A stretch of DNA of 64,000 nt from contig JBNRSN020000009.1 in NCBI GenBank assembly GCA_051313645.2, forward strand, positions 5,518,001 to 5,582,000, written 5' to 3'. Below the pieces are notes generated by a model, which saw only the letters and a program-made list of their open reading frames with translations, ran no database searches and was not told where the DNA came from. Position 1 is the stretch's first letter. Every line of letters begins with the position of its first letter. Shown one piece after another: positions 1 to 11,610 of this stretch. The stretch comes from Centroscyllium fabricii (Eukaryota). Both the position numbers and the translations under genes were made by a program.

Positions 1-591
1 TGCCTTACAGCGCACTGTTCGATCAATTATAAAATCTTTATAATTAGTCCTCAGAGGGGGGGGAAATCTATATAAAGGAATGGTGAGGGAAATGGGAGTG
101 AGGGAGAAGCCGAGACCCAGTCCCGACTATTTGATTCCGCTGATGAATGACAAGAAGCTGATGTCGAGCCTGCCCAACGTTTGCGGCATCTTCGCACCCG
201 GAGCGGCTGCTGGACGAAGGGAGGCGGGGAGAGAGAGAGAGAGAGAGTGAGGGGGCCCACGGACCTGGAGCGGCTGCTGGGCGAAGGGAGGCGCGGAGAG
301 AGAGTGAGGGAGCCCGCGGCCTGCAGAGGCTTCACAAAGTTTGTTAAATGAGGAAGAATGTTCAGAGTAGAGAGAGAGCGACACCCTGGCAGAGAGGGGT
401 AGAAACTGGGCCAGTGCAACTAAAGGCACAATCACAATCTATGGCTTTATATAGAAGCATTTTAATAAAAATGTAAAATCTTTATTTATTTCTTTAAAAA
501 TTTCGGCAAGTGAAATTTGTGTTCGGGCAAGTGTTTTAGAAATCCACTTGCCTGAGTGGGCAAGTGAAAAACATTTTTTTGTAGCACCCTG
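1..591. mobile_element. Probable right end of a non-autonomous hAT-like DNA transposon (left end outside the window)
   Basis: Ends in GTAGCACCCTG (reverse complement CAGGGTGCTAC, a CAGGG-type terminus) with subterminal GGGCAAGTG repeats, and abuts CR1 sequence at 592. Only one end is visible. Confidence 0.4.
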
Positions 592-1439
592 GTTGTTTTT
601 TAGACTGGAGGAAAGTGTACAGTGGTGTTCCCCAGGGGTTGATATTAGGATCACTATTTTTGATGTATATTAATGGCCTGAACTTGGGTATTTCGGTCAT
701 AATTTCAAAGTTTGCAGATGACATGGACCTCAGAAATGTATCGAACAGTGAGGATGATAGGAACAGACTTCAGGAGGATATAGACAGACTGGTGAAATGG
801 CAGACACGTGGCAGATGCAGCTTAATTCAGACACGTGTGAAGAGGCAGGAAGAATGAGGAGAGGGAATATGAACTAAATGGTACAATTTTAAAGGGGCTG
901 CATGAACCTTTGAAGGTGGCAGGGGAAATTGAGAAGGCTGTTAAAAAAGCAGATGGGATCCTTAGCTTTATAAATACAGGGTAGTGGCATAGAGTACAAA
1001 AACCAGGAAATTACACTAAATCTGTCTAAATCACTGGTTCCACCCCAGCTGGAGTATTGTGGCCAATTCTGGGCACCACACTTCAGGAAGGATGTCAAGG
1101 CCTTGGAGAGGGTACAGAGCGATTTTCCAGAATGGTACCTGACGTATCGTCAATATCTTCAGAGTAAAAGACTCAATGAGTAGTTACCGTAACTATAGGC
1201 TTTTAATCGCTTACATAGGAGCTACCCTCCGAACGAACATCTGAACAGGAATGAGGGAGCCTCAGCCAATCTCCACCTTTAAAGGCCTCACTTGGGGGAG
1301 GAGTTAGAGGTGTGGCTGACCTGGCTCCCAACAGTGTTACAGGGCTGTGTATCACATATACACAGCCAATTATTGGTGACAAAAATACAGTGGTATATCA
1401 TACATTATGGGTTACCACATTCACCCCTTCTTGAAAATT

Positions 1440-4400
1440 TTAAGTCCGGGGGGGTGAATGGACCGAGCAGTTCAATATTAGTCTATCCGGCGGTCGTGTC
1501 CGCCTGGAGGACTGCCGGAGTTCCGGTGGTGGTCCTTCATGGTCCGTGCCGCTCGAGTCCGCTGGTGGTGACAGTTGCTCTGGTGCCATGGTTTCGGGTG
1601 GTGATGGTCTCAGCTGGTCCGAGCTATCGGAGTGGTGGTCCTGGGCTGGCCACTGCTGGGGCTCTGGAAAACTCGGGGGCCATCGTAGGTGTAGTGAGTG
1701 TTCTGGGTACTGTGGCTGAGCGGCCTGCTGGCCGACCAGGGGCTCTGCTGTGGTGCTTCCTGCGGGCGCCAGGTCCCTGATAGATACCGTGTCCTCACGC
1801 CTGTCCGGGAACTGCACGAATGCATAATGCGGGTTCGCATGCAGGAGCTGCACCTTGTCCACCAGGGGGTCGGTCTTGTGGCCATGGACTGGTCTTCTAA
1901 GGAAGACCGGCCCCGGTGTCGTGAGCCATGGAGGAAGAGCTGTCCCCGAAGTCGATTTCCTGGGAAAAGCAAAAATCAGGTCATGAGGAGTGGCGTTAGT
2001 GGCCGTACATAGGAGAGAGCGTATAGAGTGCAGCGCGTCTGGGAGGACTGCCTGCCAATGGGCCACTGGAAGGCCTCTGGACTTCAGAGCCAGGGTGACC
2101 GCCTTCCTGATGATCCCATTCTCCCTTTCTACCTGGCCGTTCCCCCGGGGGTTATAACTGGTCGTCCTGCTCGTGGCAACCCCTTTCTGGAGCAGAAACT
2201 GACGCAGTTCATCGCTCATGAACGATGACCCCCGGTCGCTATGGATGTAGCTGGGGAGACCGAAAATGCCGACCAGCGTGGTGAAGTGTTTTATCACCGT
2301 TGCGCTCGTCATATCTGGGCAGGGGAAGGCGAAGGGGAAGCGGGAGAACTCATCTACGACCGTGAGGTAGTATGAGTTGCGGTCGGTGGTGGGGAGGGGG
2401 CCTTTGAAGTCCACGCTGAGACGTTCAAAGGGGCGGGTGGCCTTGATGAGGTGCGCCGTGTCTGGCCGGAAAAAGTGGGGTTTGCACTCGGCGCCAACAG
2501 GGCACTCTCGGGTCATAGCCTTGATCTCCGTGATGGAGTAGGGGAGGCTACGGGATCTAACAAAGTGGGCGAGTCTGGTGACACCCGGGTGGCAAAGGCG
2601 GTCATGGAGGTCCTTCAACCGGTCCAGCTGGGCACTGGCGCACGTTCCCCTGGACAGTGCGTCCGGGGGTTCATTGAGTTTACCTGGTTGGTAAAGAATG
2701 TCGTACTCTTAAGTCGAGTGTTCGATCCGCCACCGCAGGATCTTCTCAGTCTTGATCTTATCCTTCTGTTTATTATTAAACATAAACGCCACCGACCGTT
2801 GGTCGGTGAGAAGGGTAAAACGCTTACCGGCCAGGTAATGACGCCAGTAGCGCACGGCCTCCACAATGGCCTGGGCCTCCTTTTCCACTGCTGAGTGGCG
2901 AGTTTCGGGTCCCTGTAGGGTGCGGGAGAAAAGCGCTATGGGCCTGCTTGCCTGATTCAGGGTGGCAGCAAGGGCAAAGTCCGAAGCGTCGCTCTCCACC
3001 TGGAAGGGAATGGATTCATCAACAGCGAGCATGGTCGCCTTGATGATGTCTTCCTTTATCCGGGCGAATGCCGTTTGGGCTTCTACCGAAAGGGGGAAAA
3101 CGGCAGCCTTGAGGAGTGGTCTAGCCTTGTCCGCGAACTGTGGGACCCATTGTGCGTAATAGGAGAAAATTCCTAGGCATCTCCTCAAGGCTTTGGGGTT
3201 GTGAGGTAGGGGCAGTTCCTGAAGGGGTCGCATACGCTGTGGGTCGGGGCCGAGGACCCCGTTCTCCACCACGTATCCGAGGATGGCGAGCCGGTCTGTA
3301 TTAAAGACACATTTGTCTTTGCTATACGTGAGGTCCAGCTTATCCGCCGTGTCGAGAAATTTGGCCAGATTGGCATCGTGGTCCTGCTGGTCGTGGCCGC
3401 AGATGGTCACGTTGTCCAGGTAGGGGAAGGTGGCCTGCAAATCGTTCTGGTCAACCATACGGTCCATCTCCCGCTGGAACACTGACACTCGGTTGGTCAC
3501 GCCGAAGGGGACCCGGAGGAAGTGGTAGATCCGACCGTTCGCCTCGAAGGCGGTGTAGCGGCGGTCGGCTTTCCGGATCGGGAGTTGGTGATACGCTGAC
3601 TTAAGGTCGATCGTGGAGAACACCTTATACTGGGCGATCTGATTGACCATTTCCGAGATGTGGGGGAGGGGGTAGGCGTCGAGCCCAGTGTAGCGGTTGA
3701 TGGTCTGGCTGTAATCGATCACCAGCTGTTGTTTCTCGCCAGACTTTACCACTACCACCTGGGCACGCCAGGGGCTGGTGCTGGCTTCAATTATCCCCTC
3801 CTTCAGCATACGCCCGACCTCCGACCTGATAAACGTGCGATCCCCCACACTGTACCGCCGACTCTTGGTAGCAATAGGTTTGCACTTGGGGTCGAGGTTG
3901 GCGAACAGTGAGGGGGGGTCGATTTTCAGGGTAGAGAGGCCGCAGGCCGGGCTCCGCTTTGGGAAGGGATTGTCCCGGCTACTGACGGTGATGGGGGGCA
4001 AGGTCCCGCCGAACTCCATTGTCATGCTCTTGAGGTGGCACTGGAAATCCAGACCTAGTAAGGCTGGGGCACACAACTGCTGGAGGGTGTACAATTTAAA
4101 ATTACGGTACACGCACCCCTTGACCGTGAGCGTGACGGAGCAGTAGCTGGTGACGTCCGCGGTGTGGGACTTTAAAGCAAGGGAGACTTGGTAGTTTGTG
4201 GGCAGGACCTGCAGTCCGCAGCGCTGCACTGTATCGGGGTGCACAAAGCTCTCCGTGCTTCCAGTATCAAATAGGCAATTGATAGTATGGCCGTTTATTT
4301 TGATGGGCATTATTGAGTTAGACAGGGTGTGTGGCCTGTCCTGGTCCACTCTGGGTATGGCTGAAGCCGATGTGTGCTTCTGTGTGTGGGGGCCCCCTGC

Positions 4401-5699
4401 TGGTTGGGGCTGTACACAAAATGGCGGCGCCCCTGGCTCGCACATGGTGGGGCCTTGGAGACAAAATGGCGGCGCCCCTGGCTCGCACATGGTGGGGCCC
4501 TGGGGACAAAATGGCGGCGCCGAGGGGTTGCACATGGTGGGCCGCTGGGGGCGAGATGGCGGCGCCTGTGGTTCGCACGCGGCTGACCGCTGTGGGCGTG
4601 CTGGCGGCGCCCGTGGTTCGCACGCAGCAGGCCGCGGTGACTGGGTTGGCGGCGCCCGTGGTTCGCACGCAGCGGACCGCGGTGACTGGGTTGGCGGTGC
4701 CCGTGGTTCGCACGCAGCGAGCCGCGGTGGTCGGGTTGGCGGTGCCCGTGATTCGCACGCAGCCGGCCGCGTTGGGGGGTCGCGCTTGGCCGGCCTTTGC
4801 CGCATCGGGGTGGGAGATGGGGGCGCTTGTCTTCTACCCCTGGATCGTCGCTGGATCGCGCTGCTATTGCAGCTTACCTGGTGTCTGTCGGTGCTTTCAC
4901 AGGCTGCGCTGTTGTACCTGGAGTTGGGCGCTGCTGGAGCTGATCTGCACGCCTTTGCATAGTGTCCCTTTTTGGCGCACCTCTCGCAGGTCGCGGTCCT
5001 TGCTGGGCATCTTGCTCTCGGGTGCAGTCCCTGGCTGCAGAAGTAGCAGCGTTTGTCTTTAATGGCTGTCGCAGCCATCATGGGGGTCTCGACCCGTTGT
5101 GGTGCTGCCCAGGCCTGGGTCCGTTGTGGCGCGGCCCACATGTCGTAGGCCTGCGGGTTAGTGCGGCTATATGCCTGTAGCTTGTTGCGTGCTCCTTCTA
5201 CGGAGTTGGCTATCGCAATCGCGTCTTCGAGGGACAAGGTGTCTTTTTCTAGCAGCCGCTGGCGGGCTTCCACGCACCTTAGGCCAGTTACATACGCGTC
5301 TCAGACGAGGAGGTTCGCCTCCTCTTCTGCTGTCCGGGCTTGGCAGCCACAGACCCGTACCAGGGCCTGGAGCGCTTGCTCAAAGTGTTCATTGGTCTCA
5401 CCCGGTAGTTGTGATCTGGTCGCGAGCACATGTCTGGCGTAGACCGAATGGACCGGGCGCTCGTAGCATTTCCTCAGCTTTTCCACTGCTCCTGGGTAGG
5501 TTTTGGCGTTTCGGATGAGGGAGAATACTCTGCTGGAGATCCTGGACCGGAGAACCTGTAGCTTGTTCCCGTCTGTTGTAGCCTTGGCGGCGTCCATGTA
5601 GGCCTCCAGGAGGCCGAACCAGTGTTCGAACGTGGTGGCGGCAGCAGGGTCCTGTGGACTGATATCCAGCTTTTCTGGCTTTACTGCACCGCTCTCCAT
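1440..5699 (-). pseudogene. gag-pol polyprotein of element A, broken into ORFs 5301-5699, 2709-5273 and 1440-2618
   Basis: Two zinc knuckles (CYFCSQGLHPRARC, CERCAKKGHYAKAC), protease LFDTGS, RT IDLKSAYHQ...FPYLDNV, RNase H ESDASD...EKEA...TDQ, integrase H-x4-H zinc finger and DFKG...HSDRG...QVER. The three ORFs share one frame and are separated by in-frame stops at ~5301 and ~2709. Confidence 0.93.
4410..4775 (-). repeat. About 8 copies of an in-frame 45-bp (15-aa) tandem repeat between gag and protease
   Basis: Units such as AACEPRAPPTQSPRS and PTMCEPGAPPFCLQG in the ORF translation. Confidence 0.9.
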
Positions 5700-6399
5700 T
5701 TTAAAACTTTAAGCAATTAAAATTGACGTATCGTCAATATCTTCAGAGTAAACGACTCAACGAGTAGTTACCGTAACTATAGGCTTTTAATCGCTTACAT
5801 AAGAGCTACCCTCCGAACGAACATCTGAACAGGAATGAGGGAGCCTCAGCCAGTCTCCACCTTTAAAGGCCTCACCTGGGGGAGGAGTTAGAGGTGTGGC
5901 TGACCTGGCTCCCAACAGTGTTACAGGGCTGTGTATCACATATACACAGCCAATTATTGGTGACAAAAATACAGTGGTATATCATACATTATGGGTTACC
6001 ACAGTACCAAGGATGAGAGACTGGAGAAGCTGGGGTTGTGCTCATTAGAGCAGTGAAGTTTAAGGGAAAATTTAACGGAAATGTTCAAAATGATGAAGTT
6101 GTTGAAGTCGCTAAGTAATTGTTTCCACTGAAATTATGTGTAAGTGTGGATTCTAGTGAAATGTGTTAAGACCAGGCTCATGGGTCTTTGATCAGTTTTA
6201 TCCCCCAAGAATATGGAGCAAAGCTCATGTAAAATGGTTTAAGCGGATGAGAAACCTCGGGCCAGTGCTCAGTGACGATGCCCAAGCAGTGGAATCGAGT
6301 CACGGCCTTTGTTGTAAATGTTTGGCAGAGGTGAGAGGCAGGCCCTGGCCTTATACTCTGCCTTGCTTCATACCTTGGGTTTTACACCAGTATGAGAGC

Positions 6400-6785
6400 A
6401 GGGCTGCCAACCCTCCAGGATTGCCCTGGAGTCTCCAGGAATTACAGATTCATCTCTGGGACACTGCTGTGAGCAGCCCAGGAGAAAACACTCCTGGGCA
6501 TTAAAAATTTGTGGGTTTTAAAAAATTTCTTTGAACAATTTTGTTTATTATTTATAAAAATCTTGGACATGGGGGTAGGGGGGAGGGGAAAGATTGTGAC
6601 AGAGAGTCAAGAAGCATCCACTGAGGTAACCATCTGTTTGCTCTCTGATTGGTGTGGGCGGGTGGGACACCGCTTTGATGGACATGTCTGGTGACCAATG
6701 GCGGGAGTGTGGGGCAGGGCGGTTGTCGGCGGGAGGTCAGGTGCTGCATCCTCCAGGAATATGTCCAAGCAGAGTTGGCCACCCT
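6400..6785. mobile_element. Non-autonomous hAT (Blackjack-like) element
   Basis: Imperfect terminal inverted repeats (TIRs) AGGGCTGCCAAC / GTTGGCCACCCT, 8-bp TSD ATGAGAG(C/A). A partial second copy lies at ~50775-50857. Confidence 0.7.
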
Positions 6786-6887
6786 ATGAGAGACTTTACT
6801 ACAAGGAATGCCCCGTCCACAGAGCTCCTCAGTGCAGTTTGACCCTGTTTAACAGTGTTCCAGAAAGGAAACTACTTGAAGTAGAGC

Positions 6888-7044
6888 AAATGCAAGAAGT
6901 CACACAACACCAGATTTATAGTCCAACGGTTTTATTTTAAATCACAAGCTTGTGATTTAAAATAAAACCGTTGGACTATAAATCTGGTGTTGTGTGACTT
7001 CTTGCATTTGTCCACCCCAGTCCAACACCGGCACCTCCACATTA
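6888..7044 (+). mobile_element. Penelope-like pseudo-LTR fold-back insertion (perfect 124-bp palindrome 6887-7010 plus tail)
   Basis: Palindrome centred on AAGCTT 6946-6951; TSD TGAAGTAGAGC at 6877-6887 and 7045-7055; same sequence as the hammerhead-bearing copies at 30813 and 49436. Confidence 0.85.
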
Positions 7045-7060
7045 TGAAGTAGAGCAGGAG

Positions 7061-10000
7061 TAGTCCAGTAATAATGTCACTTGACCTCCCACTAATTGCA
7101 ACACAAACAAACTCAACTGATTTTGTGTCCTAAATATGTCCTGAATGAGAGGAAAAAAGTTGCAAGGAATTGCATGATGGGAAATTATTGTAATTCAAAA
7201 TGGCCGCCATCCACACTATTATTACATATACAATGATATATCTTGTAAACCGAACACTGTATGAAGTCGACATTTGGCAGGTGTGTTGCTGAGGACCCAG
7301 GGAAATGCAGTATCAAGTTTGAACTTGTTTGGATGAGCGGTTCTTAAACACCCCCCCCCCCTTGACATGGTGCAGTCCAAGCTCATCAGCTCAGCTGGGG
7401 TATAAATGGCTGCCAGTGAGAACAGATGAGAGCTGTGAGTGGAGAGACAAACACCACCATGCCACGGGTGCTGTAAAGTTTGTCCATTTATGTTCCAACC
7501 GCAAGTTGGACATTCTCACAGTGACAAAAGTATAAATATATCCTACTACAGTTCATTTTAGTTCTATGATATTGAGGTTAAGTGTCATGTAACAGTCTTT
7601 GATGAACCAACCTCAGTAATGGTATTTGTTAATGCCAACTAGCTAAATAACTGGTTTAGCCAGCTGGCCTTTTTTTTAATTTATAGTTGACCTAGATTAA
7701 AAAGTTTCTGGGGATGGCTGATTTAAGCAGTCGCACCTGGCTTGAGTCAGTCTAATTGAACTAGGGTGTATCTGCAGCAGATGCACAACCTCAAGGCTGA
7801 ACACCCAGAAGTCCAAAAACGATTTGAGGAAGGGTTCCACGTGATTCGACGAAGTGATCGTCTGTGGGCAGGTCTCTCACCTGACCTGATCATTGAGCAG
7901 GTTCTGATGAGAAGTTTAAAAACTAGTGGTGGGCTCACACGGGGGCGAGGGATGACCGAGCAACAACGTCTGTTGTGGCTGCTATCAATGCCTGCCTGTG
8001 CTGAAATAAACCAGGCAATGGAGGGACTTACAGGGGTCAACTACAACACTGGAGAGCAGAACAAAGACATGACCAACGCGAGGCAAGCCCGTGACTGGAA
8101 GGACACACTGACAGTTCTTAGTTACCTACAGGAGCGAAATCCATTCAGCAATGACCCTAGATTGCGTAACATTTCCACTGGGGAGCATGCTCTTTCCACT
8201 GTCAACGTTGATACAGCACAGTCAGTTGGCACTGCGATACTTAAGTCTATGGATGGACTAACACCTGCTGAGTACACCTTCAAGAGGAAGGATCAAGCTG
8301 TCACTCTTGGCATGAAGTCTTCTGTAAGAATTGATGGAGATCAAATTCAAGTTGATTCACAGCTTCTATTTCAGAGACTGGTCCTAGTTGCACAGAAATG
8401 CGATGAACTTGAGTTAGCCCTCAAATATGAGCTATGTAGCTATCCCCCAGCCCTATTTGATTCCGCTCTACTGCTTCGAGAAGCAAATAAGCCAGCCCTT
8501 GCCGATACCATCTGGAGTCTTATTGGGCCTCATGTTCCAGCAGATATTGTACAGGGTGGTAGTCAGTATGTCTTGGATGGGGGAGCACTTCTTCAACGCA
8601 TCCCATGGTCTCATGGATCTACTTATAAAGACATATGCCACCAGTATACAGAGTATGTAAGGAAGAAATATGGCAAGGCTGTAGTGGTGTTTGATGGATA
8701 TGAAAGTTGTAACACAAAGGACATGACACACCAAAGACGGTCAAAGGGGAAGCTTGGCACCACTGTGACATTTACAGCTGACATGATTGTCACAATGAAG
8801 AAGGAACAGTTCTTGGCTAACAGGCAGAACAAGCAGAAATTTCTTTCAATGTTAAGTGAAGAACTGCAGAAAGCCAACTGTGAGACACACCATGCCTCAG
8901 GAGATGCTGACCTGCTGATTGTGCAGAAAGCTGTGCAGTGTGCTACCACCAACAACACTGTACTAATAGGGGATGACACAGACCTCTTAGTCCTTCTCTG
9001 CTACCATGCTAGCCTAGACTCCCATGACCTGTTCTTTTGTTCGGAGACGAAGAAAAGCACAAAGAAGACTCGCATTTGGAACATCAAGGCTACAAAACAA
9101 CTACTTGGCCCAGACATATGTAAACACATCTTGTTCTTACATGCAGTTCTTGGAAGCGACACTACATCTCGCCTCCATGGGATTGGGAAGGGAGCTTCCC
9201 TCAAGAAATTCAAAGAAAGTGGCATATTCAGAGAGCAAGCTGAGGTGTTCTATGCACATTCAGCTTCTACAGATGATGTGGCAGAAGCAGGAGAGAAAGC
9301 AATGGTGATTCTCTACAATGGAAAATCAACGGACACCCTGGACACCCTCCGATATCATCGGTTCTGTGAGAAGGTGGCATCTAGCTCTACTTACATTCAG
9401 CCACAGGTCTTACCTCCAACATCAGTAGCAGCAAAGTATCACAGCCTACGTGTGTACTTGCAAGTACAAGAATGGAATGGATCTTCAGACGGACCTAATC
9501 CTACAGAGTGGGGATGGCAGAAATGTGATGAGGGGTTTGTGCCAATTCAGACAACCCTACCCCCTGCTCCAGAAAAGCTTCTGCGGGTCATCAAGTGCAA
9601 CTGCCAGGCTGACTGCAGCACCCTGAGATGCACATGCAAAAAGAACAATATCGAGTGCACTCCGGCATGTGGCCACTGCAGAGGGTCCAGCTGCACTAAC
9701 TCAATACAGATGCACTGTGACGAGGATGAAGATGACATTTTGTAGTGTGATATTGTGTGTGCACAATTTTATTGAGTTGTTTGATCAGTACTTCAATTGT
9801 GTGATTATGTGATCATAATAAATTCTTGTCACTGATATTCTGTATCCTCGTTTTGTATCCTTTGTTTTGGTCAAATCTAGCAGAAAGGGCCAAAAATCGT
9901 TTTTGGTAGGGTCATACTTACAGGCCATTTTCAAAACTTTCCCTTCATGCAATTCCTTGCAACTTTTTTTTCTGTTATTCAGGACATATTGAGGATACAA

Positions 10001-10072
10001 AATCAGTTGAGTTTGGTTGTGTTGCAATTAATGGAAGGTTGACCCCCATTTTGGCCTAAAATGCCTGGACTA
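7061..10072 (+). mobile_element. Academ (AcademX-type) DNA transposon, internally deleted
   Basis: TIRs TAGTCCAG (7061-7068) / CTGGACTA (10065-10072), 3-bp TSD GAG, and an XPG-like nuclease plus Cys-cluster ORF. These match the Academ superfamily hallmarks. Confidence 0.85.
7766..9745 (+). CDS. C-terminal 659 aa of an Academ protein: end of transposase region, XPG/FEN1-like nuclease domain, C-terminal Cys-rich zinc finger
   Basis: Motifs LDGGALL, VVFDGY, GDADLLI, GDDTDLLVLL, HAVLGSDTTSRLHGIGK (H3TH-like) and KCNCQADCSTLRCTCKKNNIECTPACGHCRGSSC. No stops; the N-terminus appears truncated. Confidence 0.8.
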   Translation: MYLQQMHNLKAEHPEVQKRFEEGFHVIRRSDRLWAGLSPDLIIEQVLMRSLKTSGGLTRGRGMTEQQRLLWLLSMPACAEINQAMEGLTGVNYNTGEQNKDMTNARQARDWKDTLTVLSYLQERNPFSNDPRLRNISTGEHALSTVNVDTAQSVGTAILKSMDGLTPAEYTFKRKDQAVTLGMKSSVRIDGDQIQVDSQLLFQRLVLVAQKCDELELALKYELCSYPPALFDSALLLREANKPALADTIWSLIGPHVPADIVQGGSQYVLDGGALLQRIPWSHGSTYKDICHQYTEYVRKKYGKAVVVFDGYESCNTKDMTHQRRSKGKLGTTVTFTADMIVTMKKEQFLANRQNKQKFLSMLSEELQKANCETHHASGDADLLIVQKAVQCATTNNTVLIGDDTDLLVLLCYHASLDSHDLFFCSETKKSTKKTRIWNIKATKQLLGPDICKHILFLHAVLGSDTTSRLHGIGKGASLKKFKESGIFREQAEVFYAHSASTDDVAEAGEKAMVILYNGKSTDTLDTLRYHRFCEKVASSSTYIQPQVLPPTSVAAKYHSLRVYLQVQEWNGSSDGPNPTEWGWQKCDEGFVPIQTTLPPAPEKLLRVIKCNCQADCSTLRCTCKKNNIECTPACGHCRGSSCTNSIQMHCDEDEDDIL

Positions 10073-10744
10073 GAGGAGGCTGGAATCTGCTGGTAATAAA
10101 CCTGCAAATTCGTTTCCCTCTCAACAGCTACTTCCAGATAGCAGTGGGGTTTGACTAGTGGGACACTCGGGTACTCAATGCTCTAAAACCCTATCGCCAT
10201 CATAACGTTTGTCTGCACCCCCCCCCCCCCTCTGCAGCAAGCGTTCGTTATTAATACACCATGCAGACCCTCCAAACTTTTACTTCCACCTCCCTGTTTG
10301 GTGAATGTCAGTTGAATGTGAGTAATAAATCATAGAGGAACATCAGCCTCCTCCTCGATGATGAATGAATGCAGCTCTCCTAGGTCGGTGTCTGGTGTCA
10401 GAGTTGCGTTGGTTCTATCATAATGTTAAACGCTGGGCCGGAGGTTACGTGCTACTTACACCGCTGCGGGACATTAACAGTGGCTCCTTGGACGGCCCCT
10501 TGAGTAAACGAACCACAACAGGAATGTCTGGGCAGCAATGACGTTGCTGGTGGTTACGGTTGACCTCGGTGTCTCCTTCGAAGAAGGCAGTTTCTGGTAG
10601 CGACTGTCTCTTCATGCTAAAAAGGGTTCCCATTATTGACTGCTCGCCAGTGATCAAATCCATGGTGGAAGGTGGGCACTGGGTGAGGGCAGCATTAGGT
10701 TTGGCTTAGGTGCCCTTCCACACCCATGGGTGATGCTTTCCCAG

Positions 10745-11610
10745 CGACTGCCCGTGTCCTAACTCGAACCATCACCCCTGTGCTTACTGATCTGCATTGA
10801 CAATGGCTCAAATTTAAAATGATCATCCTCGTGTTCAAATCCCTCCATGGCTATGCCCCTCCCTATCTAGGTAACCTCCTCCGGCCTACAGCCCTCAGAG
10901 AACTCTGCGCTGCTCCAAGTCTGGCCTTTTGCGCATACCCTACTTCCTTCACCCCGCCATTGGCGGCTGTGCCTTCAGCTGCGCCTCTACCTCTCTCTTA
11001 AAGCTCTCCTTAAAACCAGCTCTTTGCACATGTCCTAATACAGTATCTCCTAATTTGGCCTAATGTCACATTGTGTCTTATTACTTGTGAAGCACCTTGG
11101 GTCGTTTTACTCCGTTAACCGTGCGATATAAATGCAAGTTATTGTTATTGACTGTAGCCCAACACTTTCAGCAGAAGAAGAGAGAACTTTGGCAAAAAGG
11201 AACCGACTCGAACAGTAGATCATGTGAATCCCATCTTCCACCCTCCGTAAACCCGGCTGCCCGTGTCCTAACTCGCGCCAAGTCGCGTTTACCCATCACC
11301 CCTGTGCTCGCTGATCTACATTGGCTCCCTGACTGGCATCACCTCAATTTTAAAATCCTCATCCTTGTTTTAAATCCCTCCACGGCCTCGACCCTCCCTA
11401 TCTCTCTAATCTCCTCCAGCCCCACAACCCCCCCAAGATACCTGCACACCTCCAATTCTGGCAACTTGAGCATCCCCGATTTAATCGCTCCACCATTGGT
11501 GGCCGTGCCTTCAGCTGCCTCAGCACCAAGCTCAGGAATTCCCTCTCTAATCCTCTCTACCTCTCTTTCCTTCATTAAGGTGCACCTTAAACCCTACCTC
11601 TTTGACCAGG
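10745..11610 (+). mobile_element. Two degenerate L2-clade LINE 3' fragments (~10745-11150 and ~11245-11610)
   Basis: AARVLTRAKSRLPITPVLADLHWLP...FKILIL, typical of the L2 ORF2 C-terminus, with tail ATATAAATGCAAGTTATTG. Confidence 0.75.

Larger units (their letters stand above)
1140..6003 (-). mobile_element. Full-length Gypsy LTR retrotransposon A (YLDN RT, no tRNA PBS), inactivated by stop codons
   Basis: 280-bp TG..CA LTRs at 1140-1419 and 5724-6003 (about 5 differences by eye). 5-bp TSD GTACC at 1135-1139 and 6004-6008. Polypurine tract (PPT) AAGAAGGGGTGAA next to the 3' LTR. Domain order gag-PR-RT-RH-IN. Confidence 0.97.
592..6110 (+). mobile_element. Degenerate CR1 (HER1-like) LINE RT/3' fragment, split by the Gypsy insertion (592-1139 and ~6004-6110)
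   Basis: ORF 615-857 has SGVPQGLILGSLFLMYIN and SKFADD RT motifs. CR1 sequence resumes after the GTACC target-site duplication (TSD). Confidence 0.85.

Noticed and set aside
4198-5062. Long plus-strand Gly/Ala-rich ORFs (254 and 243 aa)
   Set aside because: They are antisense shadows of the GC-rich 45-bp repeat in gag-pol.
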